Shown here piece by piece: positions 7,848 through 16,066 of a DNA stretch of 64,000 nt (its first letter is position 1; every line of letters starts with the position of its first letter). This DNA comes from Terrimicrobiaceae bacterium (GTDB taxonomy: Bacteria; Verrucomicrobiota; Verrucomicrobiia; Chthoniobacterales; Terrimicrobiaceae). A program made the position numbers and the translations under genes. The notes under the pieces were generated by a model. It had not been told where the DNA came from. It worked only from the letters and a program-made list of their open reading frames with translations, and searched no databases. The DNA lies in NCBI GenBank assembly GCA_041752695.1, contig JBGSVZ010000016.1:1-64000 (forward strand). Reading direction: 5' to 3'.

Positions 7848-10735
7848 AAACAAAGCGGTCTTCCAAGGGCATGTCCCTGCTCATCGTCCTGGCGTTCATT
7901 GTCATCATCTCGGTCTTGGTCGTGGGTTTCGCCGAGAGCATGCGTTTGCTCCGGCCCACGGCCGTTTCCCACCTCGAACGGGCCAGGGCCGATCAGTTCG
8001 CGAGGTCTGGTCTCGAGCGGGTCATCGCGACGCTCAATCAGCAAACGGCCGACACCAATCGAAATTGGGCCTCGCAGCCAGGACAGCTTCTCGTGGGAAG
8101 TCCGGTGGATGATGGTTCCACCGCAGTGGACGAGAGGAAGGTTCTTTCGAATGTTGTCCCGCTCCATTCCGGCACCGCCGTCCCTTCGGGAGATCCCGTT
8201 CTCGCCCCTCCCAACTTGAATGTCGTCACGTACCGGGACCCGAATTCTCATCTGCTCACCGAAACGTTGGACGCCACCAACGTCGTCGCCATGCCGGTGG
8301 CGTGGATCTATGTGAGGCAGAGCGGAGCCATCGACACCAATTCCTCCCCCTCCCTTTCCGCTAGTGATCCCATCGTCGGCCGTTACGCCTACTGGGCCGA
8401 CGACGAGAGCAGCAAGATCAACTACAATATCGCCTGGGGCCGCACGGGGAATACCAATGCCCCCGGCCACCCGACGAGGATTGAACTCACCGCCCTCACA
8501 AATATTACGCAGTCCTATGCCGACATCCTGCGCAATTTTGTCACGCGCACCAATGCGGCTAATGTTCCCTACAATTTTTTCAACACTCCATTGGACGCGC
8601 GCCGGATCGAGATGATTTCCGGGGGTGCCGGCGTGGCCGCCGCTTTACGGGATAACAAATTTGACGTCACCCATTTTAACAGCGATCCCAACACCACCTT
8701 CTTTAATGAACCGCGTATTGTCCTGACCACCCGCCCCAACCTCGCCGGGTGGACGAAGGCGACGAACGGTCCCTACAACGGCCAGTGGGTGGGCGTGAAT
8801 GGAAAAAACTGGGCGGATGGAGGTCAGCCACGGTACCTCCGCATCCTGAAAGATCCTGAAGACACGCTTGATCCCGGGTTGCCCTACTCCATTGCGATGG
8901 ACACAAACAGACTCTCGGAAGCGGTTGCGACTCTCGCTCTTCGACCGGGCACGGCGACCAACGTCGCCGGTTATTTGCAGCGATCTGACTGGCCGATGGT
9001 GAGCGGGACGGGCAGCCTGCAAAGCAAATATTTCAGCGGGTATCCGACAACGGTCTCCGCCTCCGGGATCACCGCTCAGACCTCCAGGCTGGGGCAGATC
9101 GCCGTCAATATTCTGGATTACGTCCGGGCCAAGGAATCCACCAATCAGTTCATTCAGCCTATCATTGGGTCGTTCAATTCCGCTCAACCGGATCCGGCAA
9201 AGGCTTTTGTGCTTAATCAAAATGGGAGTGCCACCAATGGTTTCCAGGGACTTTCCCGGGGCCCTCGCGTCACGGAGATCGGCGTCTGGTATGGGACAAA
9301 TTCGGGAGCCGCTTTCACGCCTTCTTCCCCAGGGGGAGTAAATGTCAGTCAGCCCATTTCCGCCGGTGCGCCCTATTACCTCTTTAAGGTCGAAGTATTT
9401 TTGCCGCCCAATTACGGGCTGGCTTCTTACGATCTAGCGAATGTTTACCTTGGGATAACTGTGCCAGGGACGACCAGGTGGGTGCCTAACTACAGTGCCG
9501 TAACCCCTCCCAATTACGGCAGCGACTCGCATAAAATTTACGCAGGGGAGATGAGTGGCGGGACGACCCTCCTGACGGCGGGCAATTACGCTGTCATTTC
9601 CCGGGCTGTGGGACTCGGAACGAATGCGCCGCCTTCTCCCGTTCCGGCCACCACAGGAGCCGGAAGCAAAGTCTATCTTTCCGGAGGGAACTTTAACACG
9701 GTATTGCAACTGGCTCCCGCCAACAGCGGTCTTACGAACGGCATTCCGATCGAGACCGGCGCAGTGGCCACCATGAAATCGCTCGAGGTGGACGACCCTC
9801 GATTGAACCAGCATCCGGGCGACTGGGTGCCAGTCCCGGGAAACTCTTTTGGCAGCAGAAATTCTCGCTGGTCCGCGGGAAATCCTCCGCCCCTGATCGT
9901 GCCCGAGGTCGATACCGACGGAGGTGTGGTGAGCGATGCAAGCCTCTACATGCCTCCACCCAAAGGATCCACCTTCACGCGGACAGATGGAACCATTGAT
10001 GACAATACCAGAGGCCAGATCATGTCTGTGGGAGAACTTGGGTACATTCATACCGGCGCGGAACCGTGCGCCGTGTTTGGCGCCACTCCCATCCCTCCGG
10101 GGGTTCCCTGGCGAACGCTCCGTCTTCAACCCTCTGCTTCCGGAACCAACGTCGTTCCCGATTGGGCCATCATGGATCTCTTTACCGCCCCCGTGGCCGC
10201 GCCGAACCCATACAACAAATACGTCTATGCGCCACACGACACGGGGTTCGGGGGCCGGGTGAATCTCAATTCCTCTCCGGAACCCTTCAGTCTCACTCGC
10301 ACGTCTCCCCTGGCTGCTGTCTTGCAGAATAATACCTATGATTCCACAGACTTCACGCGAAAGCTGGGTGCCGGACCGGCGCGGGACATCGCGGATAATA
10401 TTTTTAACCGGACGCTCGCCACAACCTCTCCCCTAGGCAAACAATACGGCTACGCAGGTGGTTACGATTCCCCCGGTGAGGTTGTCGAAGTGAAGGGGAT
10501 TGCCGACGGCGGGGAAAAAAGCGAGGAACTCGTCCGGCAGATCATGAACCTCGTCACGACGAGGGGCAATGTCTTCAGCGTGTACACGATTGGACAGGCA
10601 ATTAAACAGGCACCGGATGGCAGGCTCATTGTGACTGCCCAGCAGAGAGCACAGGCCATGATCGAACGTTATGTCGATCCCGCCAACAACTCGGTGCGCT
10701 TTTCCCCAGTTTACTTCCGCAATCTGTCCCCGTGA
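7844..10735 (+). CDS. Large Verru_Chthon cassette protein A-like (PilX/GspK-like pseudopilin with large C-terminal region)
   Basis: G|MSLLIVLAFIVIISVLVVGF lacks Glu5. Also GRYAYWADDESSKINYN, GRVNLN and C-terminal TTRGNVFSVYTIGQ...IERYVDP. ATGA-coupled to the upstream gene. Confidence 0.82.
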   Translation: MKTKRSSKGMSLLIVLAFIVIISVLVVGFAESMRLLRPTAVSHLERARADQFARSGLERVIATLNQQTADTNRNWASQPGQLLVGSPVDDGSTAVDERKVLSNVVPLHSGTAVPSGDPVLAPPNLNVVTYRDPNSHLLTETLDATNVVAMPVAWIYVRQSGAIDTNSSPSLSASDPIVGRYAYWADDESSKINYNIAWGRTGNTNAPGHPTRIELTALTNITQSYADILRNFVTRTNAANVPYNFFNTPLDARRIEMISGGAGVAAALRDNKFDVTHFNSDPNTTFFNEPRIVLTTRPNLAGWTKATNGPYNGQWVGVNGKNWADGGQPRYLRILKDPEDTLDPGLPYSIAMDTNRLSEAVATLALRPGTATNVAGYLQRSDWPMVSGTGSLQSKYFSGYPTTVSASGITAQTSRLGQIAVNILDYVRAKESTNQFIQPIIGSFNSAQPDPAKAFVLNQNGSATNGFQGLSRGPRVTEIGVWYGTNSGAAFTPSSPGGVNVSQPISAGAPYYLFKVEVFLPPNYGLASYDLANVYLGITVPGTTRWVPNYSAVTPPNYGSDSHKIYAGEMSGGTTLLTAGNYAVISRAVGLGTNAPPSPVPATTGAGSKVYLSGGNFNTVLQLAPANSGLTNGIPIETGAVATMKSLEVDDPRLNQHPGDWVPVPGNSFGSRNSRWSAGNPPPLIVPEVDTDGGVVSDASLYMPPPKGSTFTRTDGTIDDNTRGQIMSVGELGYIHTGAEPCAVFGATPIPPGVPWRTLRLQPSASGTNVVPDWAIMDLFTAPVAAPNPYNKYVYAPHDTGFGGRVNLNSSPEPFSLTRTSPLAAVLQNNTYDSTDFTRKLGAGPARDIADNIFNRTLATTSPLGKQYGYAGGYDSPGEVVEVKGIADGGEKSEELVRQIMNLVTTRGNVFSVYTIGQAIKQAPDGRLIVTAQQRAQAMIERYVDPANNSVRFSPVYFRNLSP

Positions 10736-10797
10736 ACGAAGGACGCTCGCGAACCATATTTCCGTAGTCTTCGTGTCCGCGGGCAAAATGACTATTT

Positions 10798-12741
10798 ATG
10801 AAGCCTCAATTGTCGAAAATAATCGCCACCCTACTATTGGGCGTCGCCTGGGCGGTCATATCGGTGGGCGGCGTGTCCGCGCAGTCTGAGGGTGAGGCCG
10901 CGCCGCGGGTGCTCTTTGATCCTGTTGCAACGGGAGCCGCGGAACGGCTTAAACCGTCGAACGAAACGGTGAGTGCGACGGCCGTGGGCGACGGGCTGGA
11001 CGTGGTGATCGAACCAGGTCCTACGGGGTTTCCGGGAATCAACATTTTGCCCCCGGAAGGAGGGAAGTGGGATCTCTCCGCCTACTCCCGAATCGAGACG
11101 ACGTTGACCAACACAAGCAACCGGCGGATGCGGCTCATGGTGAGGGTCGACAGTGACGACCCGACGGAGACGACGCCCTACCAGACCGAGTATGTCGCAT
11201 TGGATCCGGGCGAGAGTAAGCCGATCAAAGTCTACTTCGGCTACACCGCCGGACAGCCGGGTTACAAATCAAAACCCGAGGCCATCACCAAGCTGCTCTT
11301 TTTTGCGGGCAAATGTGAATCCCAGACCACCTTCCATATTGGCCCGATCGTGGCTGCCGGTTTCTCAGGCGAGGCTCCTCCCGCTGACCCTGATACCCTG
11401 CGGGTCACCCCCTTGAATGGCACGCTCCTTGGTCCCGGCATTCCGCTCGACGCCCAAAAGCAAATCCTCGCAAAGAACGGGGCGGAGGCAACGATCGATG
11501 GCTCTGCCGTCCAGGTGAATTTTTTGGGCGGTGCGGCGGAATCCGCCACCTTCAAGCCGCCGTCAGGTGGATGGTCTCTGGTGGATTACGTTCTCGTTCG
11601 GGTGAAAATCAAAAACGTGGGAGATGTGGGAGTGACTCCGAGGGTTCGACTGGACAGCAAAGGAGGACCGACCGATGTGGTCGCCCTGGAATCAGAGATT
11701 TCCCCCGACGCTGAGGGGGAGGTCGTGATCCCCTTTGCGGCGGCCCTCCCCGTGCAGATAGAGATGGCGCAGGAAAAGGCGAGAGTGGTCGCGGGCACGG
11801 GCACCTCGTTCACCAGCAACTTCGTTAGCGGAGTAACCCTTCTCCCCGGCTTGGACTCCCCCAGGTCCAACCTGGTTGTGACAGCGATTCGGGCGGAGTC
11901 ACCCGTCGCAGAGCTACCGTCGTGGCTCGGACAAAAACCGCCAGTGGAGGGCGACTGGGTCCAGACGCTTAACGAGAACTTTGACGTTGGGACGATCGAT
12001 CTGACCAAGTGGAGTGTTTATGCGGACAATTACTGGGACAAACGATGCCATTTCAGCAAAGACAATGTTCTCCTCGACAGCGGGAAGGTGTTGCTGCGTT
12101 TTGAAAAGAAGACTGGGTTTCATAACGACGATCCGAATGACACCAAGACGGTTGGAAAAACCAACTACGCGACAGGGTTTCTCGATGGCCGCGGCAAATG
12201 GACCCAGCGGTACGGATACTTTGAATCCCGGATGAAGTTGCCAAAAGCTCCCGGCCTCTGGCCGGCATTCTGGCTGATGCCAGACCGCGGCAAGGATTCC
12301 GGTCCAGGCCGGCACACGACCAAGTTTGGCGGCATGGAATTTGACATCGTGGAGTTCCTTTCGGGTTGGGGGCCGCATTGTTACAACATCGCGATGCATT
12401 GGGATGGGTATTATTCCGAGCACAGGACCGTTGGCGTTGGCACCAATTATGTGCAGACCGATGCGGAGGGATATATCACGGGCGGGCTGCTCTGGACGCC
12501 TGGGCTGGCGGTCTTTTACGCGAACGGCAAGGAATTCTTGCGCTGGGAGAACCCTCGCATCGCGGATGTGCAAAGCTACATTCTTTTCACGGCGGTCTCC
12601 GGTGGGTGGGACAATCTGCCGTTGGATGACATCACTCTGCCCTCAGACTTCATCATTGATTATGTGAGGGTCTGGCAACGCAAGGACCTCGCCAGCGATG
12701 AGGATGGTCCGAAACCTAATAACGCGACCCTCAAAAACTAG
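10798..12741 (+). CDS. Secreted multidomain glycoside hydrolase family 16 (copy 1)
   Basis: Signal peptide. YGYFESRMKLPKAPGLWPAFWLMP and catalytic EFDIVE (ExDxxE); ends IDYVRVWQ. Confidence 0.88.
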   Translation: MKPQLSKIIATLLLGVAWAVISVGGVSAQSEGEAAPRVLFDPVATGAAERLKPSNETVSATAVGDGLDVVIEPGPTGFPGINILPPEGGKWDLSAYSRIETTLTNTSNRRMRLMVRVDSDDPTETTPYQTEYVALDPGESKPIKVYFGYTAGQPGYKSKPEAITKLLFFAGKCESQTTFHIGPIVAAGFSGEAPPADPDTLRVTPLNGTLLGPGIPLDAQKQILAKNGAEATIDGSAVQVNFLGGAAESATFKPPSGGWSLVDYVLVRVKIKNVGDVGVTPRVRLDSKGGPTDVVALESEISPDAEGEVVIPFAAALPVQIEMAQEKARVVAGTGTSFTSNFVSGVTLLPGLDSPRSNLVVTAIRAESPVAELPSWLGQKPPVEGDWVQTLNENFDVGTIDLTKWSVYADNYWDKRCHFSKDNVLLDSGKVLLRFEKKTGFHNDDPNDTKTVGKTNYATGFLDGRGKWTQRYGYFESRMKLPKAPGLWPAFWLMPDRGKDSGPGRHTTKFGGMEFDIVEFLSGWGPHCYNIAMHWDGYYSEHRTVGVGTNYVQTDAEGYITGGLLWTPGLAVFYANGKEFLRWENPRIADVQSYILFTAVSGGWDNLPLDDITLPSDFIIDYVRVWQRKDLASDEDGPKPNNATLKN

Positions 12742-12743
12742 CC

Positions 12744-13898
12744 ATGTTCTTGAATTCCTCAGCAGATTTCCAATCAGGGTTTCCGCCGGACAAACGAAAA
12801 TTTGTCACGCTTCTAGCCGCGATGTTTTGCTTTTTGGCATCGCTGGTGACAGCTCTTGCGGCGACTCCATCCGTCATTGCGGCTACGTCCGCTGACGGTC
12901 AGATCAGGTTCTTCGGGAGGACTCTCCCGGTGGGTAAGGCGATCGCCTTTGACTGGAGTGGAGCCGGGTTCGAGTTTGAGGCTGAATGCGAAGGCAGGGT
13001 CACGGCCTCGATCACGGGGTCTGCAGGCTGGCAGAAAGTCGGCTTCGTCCAGGTAATGGTGGATGGCGTTGCTGGAGAGCGGCTGGCGGTCGAACCTGGC
13101 ACACGGGATTACATCTTGGCGGACGCGCTCCCGAAGGGTCGCCACACCATCAAGGTTACCAAACTCAATGAGGCGCAATACTCGAAAATGGCTTTGGAGA
13201 GCCTTTCTGTAGCTGGTCATCTTCTCGCCGCGCCAGCTGCGCCCGTTCTCAAAATGGAGTTTATTGGCGACTCCATCTCCTGTGCCGAAGGGGCCCTCGG
13301 GAAGATGCCTGCGGTGCCGCAGGGCGAGAGCCAGGACGCGACACGCAGCTACGCGGGCCTGACAGTGCGGTCCCTTGGGGCCGATGCCAACATCGTGGCC
13401 GCCTCGAGCTGGGGACTCCACCGGGGACGAATTGCCCCCGAAGAAAAATCGGTTCTTCCGGCAATTTTCGAACAGGCCTCGAAATTCCGCGATCCTTCCG
13501 TGCCTTGGGATTTCACCCGCTACAAGCCCGATTGTGTGGTGGTGAACCTTGGAACTAATGATTTTTCGGTGCGCAAGAAGTCTCCGTTCACGGACGAGGA
13601 CTACCAAGCGGCCGTCGAGCAGTTTCATGCGGTTCTCCGTGGGAAATATCCTGCAGCACAAATCGTCTGGGTGACCGGGATGATGATGCCGGATGCCGAT
13701 GAGGCGACTTCGGCTGCAGTCGATAAGATCCGTAAGTCCGATCCAAAAGTCCATTTCCTCAGACTCCCCGAGAACAATAAGGGAGGCAACGGGCATCCTG
13801 ATCTTGAAGGGCATCAGAAAGCGGCAGATGTCCTCACGGAAAAAATCCGTGAGGTTCTTCCCAATCTGGTGCCCCCGACCAAGACGACAGGCTTCTAA
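12744..13898 (+). CDS. SGNH/GDSL carbohydrate esterase, CE2-like
   Basis: N-terminal beta-sandwich (FDWSGAGFEF, HTIKVTKLNE), then FIGDSIS, VVVNLGTND and GHP...GHQKAA. Confidence 0.8.
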   Translation: MFLNSSADFQSGFPPDKRKFVTLLAAMFCFLASLVTALAATPSVIAATSADGQIRFFGRTLPVGKAIAFDWSGAGFEFEAECEGRVTASITGSAGWQKVGFVQVMVDGVAGERLAVEPGTRDYILADALPKGRHTIKVTKLNEAQYSKMALESLSVAGHLLAAPAAPVLKMEFIGDSISCAEGALGKMPAVPQGESQDATRSYAGLTVRSLGADANIVAASSWGLHRGRIAPEEKSVLPAIFEQASKFRDPSVPWDFTRYKPDCVVVNLGTNDFSVRKKSPFTDEDYQAAVEQFHAVLRGKYPAAQIVWVTGMMMPDADEATSAAVDKIRKSDPKVHFLRLPENNKGGNGHPDLEGHQKAADVLTEKIREVLPNLVPPTKTTGF

Positions 13899-13966
13899 GT
13901 TACAGTCCGCTCTCGGAGATGGGTTCGTCTCTCCTCACCCCAAATCTGTCGGCTCGAGATAGAGAT

Positions 13967-15034
13967 CTACGAGGCCCACGGCATGGGCTCCGGGGTTGGG
14001 TAGGAGGAAATAATGTCAACGGGTCTCTCCGTTCGGGCCGAGGTGTGAATGGCCTCGATCACTTCCACGACGTGCTGCGCCATGCGGGCGGCGCAGCGGT
14101 GCGGGCGATCCTCCAGAATCGCCTCCGCGAGTTCCTCGACACCCCTCGCAAACTCCACGCCTGCGAAACCCGTTCGAACCAACGGAACAGGATCGAAGGT
14201 GCCGCCAAATTCGGCGAACTCGACGGAGGCGTCGAACATATAACTGCTTCCGAGATAAGCCGATCCGACGTCGCCATGAAACTCCATGGTCGCGTCCTGT
14301 TTCGAGGGTTTCACATAAAAATTGGTGGTCAACCGGCCTAGAGCCCCGCTCTCAAAATCGATCAAGGCCGTGTAAAAATCAGGGGTGGCGAGGGTGAACG
14401 CTTCGCCGGCCTTCGTTCGCCGATCCGCCAGCAAACGGCGTCCCACGGCCGTGACTCTGCGCATCGGACCGCAGAGTGCCGCCCACACCCCGAGCGGATA
14501 CACTGCCACGTCCCAGACCGGGCCAAGGTCATAGAAAGGCGAGGGATTGGGATGCCAGGATTCGATGCGGCCGTGGTTGATTTCAGCGTAGAGAGCGCGG
14601 AGCGTTCCGGTTTTTCCCGAGCGCAGGAGGCGGGCCAGGGTTTGCACAGGCTCGCCCAGGAAGGTTGAGGGGGCGCTGCTCAGTCGGAGGCCTTTGGCTT
14701 CGGCCAGTTCGACAAGGGCGCGTGCCTCGGCGGCCGACGTGGCGAGGGGCTTTTCCGAGTGGACGTGTTTGCCCGCTTCCAGGCTCCGCGTGATGACCTC
14801 TACATGGGCATGGTGAATGGTGAGATTGACGATCAGTTGGATGGTGTCGTCGGCGAGGACTTCATCGAGAGACCCGTATGCTTTGCCACCGTGTTTGTCG
14901 GCGAACTCCAGGGCGCGCTCGGGCCTGAGGTCGCTGAACCCGGCCAATTCGATGGTATGGTATTTGCTGATCTGTTCCGCGTAGGCGGCGGCAATGTTTC
15001 CGCACCCGACAATGACGGTTTTCAGTGTTTTCAT
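13967..15034 (-). CDS. Gfo/Idh/MocA-family NAD(P)-dependent oxidoreductase
   Basis: IVGCGNIA, LEAGKHVHSEKPLA, GPVWDVAVYP. Start placed at MKTLK (15034). Confidence 0.9.
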   Translation of the reverse strand: MKTLKTVIVGCGNIAAAYAEQISKYHTIELAGFSDLRPERALEFADKHGGKAYGSLDEVLADDTIQLIVNLTIHHAHVEVITRSLEAGKHVHSEKPLATSAAEARALVELAEAKGLRLSSAPSTFLGEPVQTLARLLRSGKTGTLRALYAEINHGRIESWHPNPSPFYDLGPVWDVAVYPLGVWAALCGPMRRVTAVGRRLLADRRTKAGEAFTLATPDFYTALIDFESGALGRLTTNFYVKPSKQDATMEFHGDVGSAYLGSSYMFDASVEFAEFGGTFDPVPLVRTGFAGVEFARGVEELAEAILEDRPHRCAARMAQHVVEVIEAIHTSARTERPVDIISSYPTPEPMPWAS

Positions 15035-15042
15035 GGATATGC

Positions 15043-15915
15043 TTATTGGCCGAGCCAGTTTCGGAGCCGGGAATATCCCAAACGGATGTCTTCCAGGGGA
15101 TTGTGATCTTCCGGCTCGTGCTCGATAGAAATGCCGCCGGTGTAGCCGATTTCCTGCAATGCGGTGACACACGCCTCGATTCCCACAACGCCCTCGCCGA
15201 GCGCACAGGTTTCGTGGCCCATGTCCTTGAGCGTCGGATTTGTCGGGGTGGCCACCCTAATATCGTGGTGATCGCTGCTGCGGTGCGGGGCATAAATGTC
15301 TTTGAGATGCACGTGGATGAGCCGGTCACCGAGTTGTCGAATTGCGTCGGGAGCACTCGTGCCATAGGTGCCGAACCAGCCGGTGTCGATCGTGACGCCG
15401 ATGCGTCCGCCGCAGGCCGGACCGATTTGGGAAAGCAACTCTGCGGCATCCTTCTCGGGGTGGTTCTCATAGCCAAAAACCAGGTCGTGTTTTTCCAGGG
15501 CGGCGAGAAGTTCCCCGCGCTGATTGTGCAAAATTTCTGGCGAACACCCCCCGCCGAGGATTTTTGTGCCCAGGGCCCGGGCGATTTTTGAGATCGGCTC
15601 AAGCTTGTTCAGATCATCCGGGATGCCAATGGCGAGGCTGGTGACCGAAAGGCCGCGCTTGTTAAGGATTGCGGCGGCCTCTGCGATCTGGCGTGGTGTG
15701 GCCCAGTCGGGGTTGAGATGCGCCACCCAGAGGTCAATCGCAGAAAATCCGATCGGGGTAATCTCACCGAGCATCGTGTCGAAGCGCCCGGCAAAGGATT
15801 CTTCAGGCTGGAATTAGCGGGTGACGGCCTGATCGCCCTCCCACCATCCTTTTGTCATGGAATAGCCGATTTCGCGCGCTACGAAATTCGCGGTCATGAA
15901 AGGGAGAGTATTCAT
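15043..15915 (-). pseudogene. Sugar-phosphate isomerase/epimerase (AP_endonuc_2 / xylose-isomerase-like TIM barrel) interrupted by in-frame TAA at 15816-15814
   Basis: YENHPE, IDTGW, HVHLKD and ISIEHEP metal motifs. The same frame upstream reads MNTLPFMTANFVAREIGYSMTKGWWEGDQAVTR*FQPEESFAGRFDTMLGEI. Confidence 0.7.
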
Positions 15916-16066
15916 CGCGTGGAATACTCTTACATACGGCCTTTAAAAATTCACGATTTCTGGCGGGGGGTCAGGGAATCACACAAGCACAGTCAGCAGA
16001 CGACTACCCTTCGGCGGAGTGCAGCGCTAATGCTATCGGCTCATTCCCCGAATCTTTCTCCCTATC

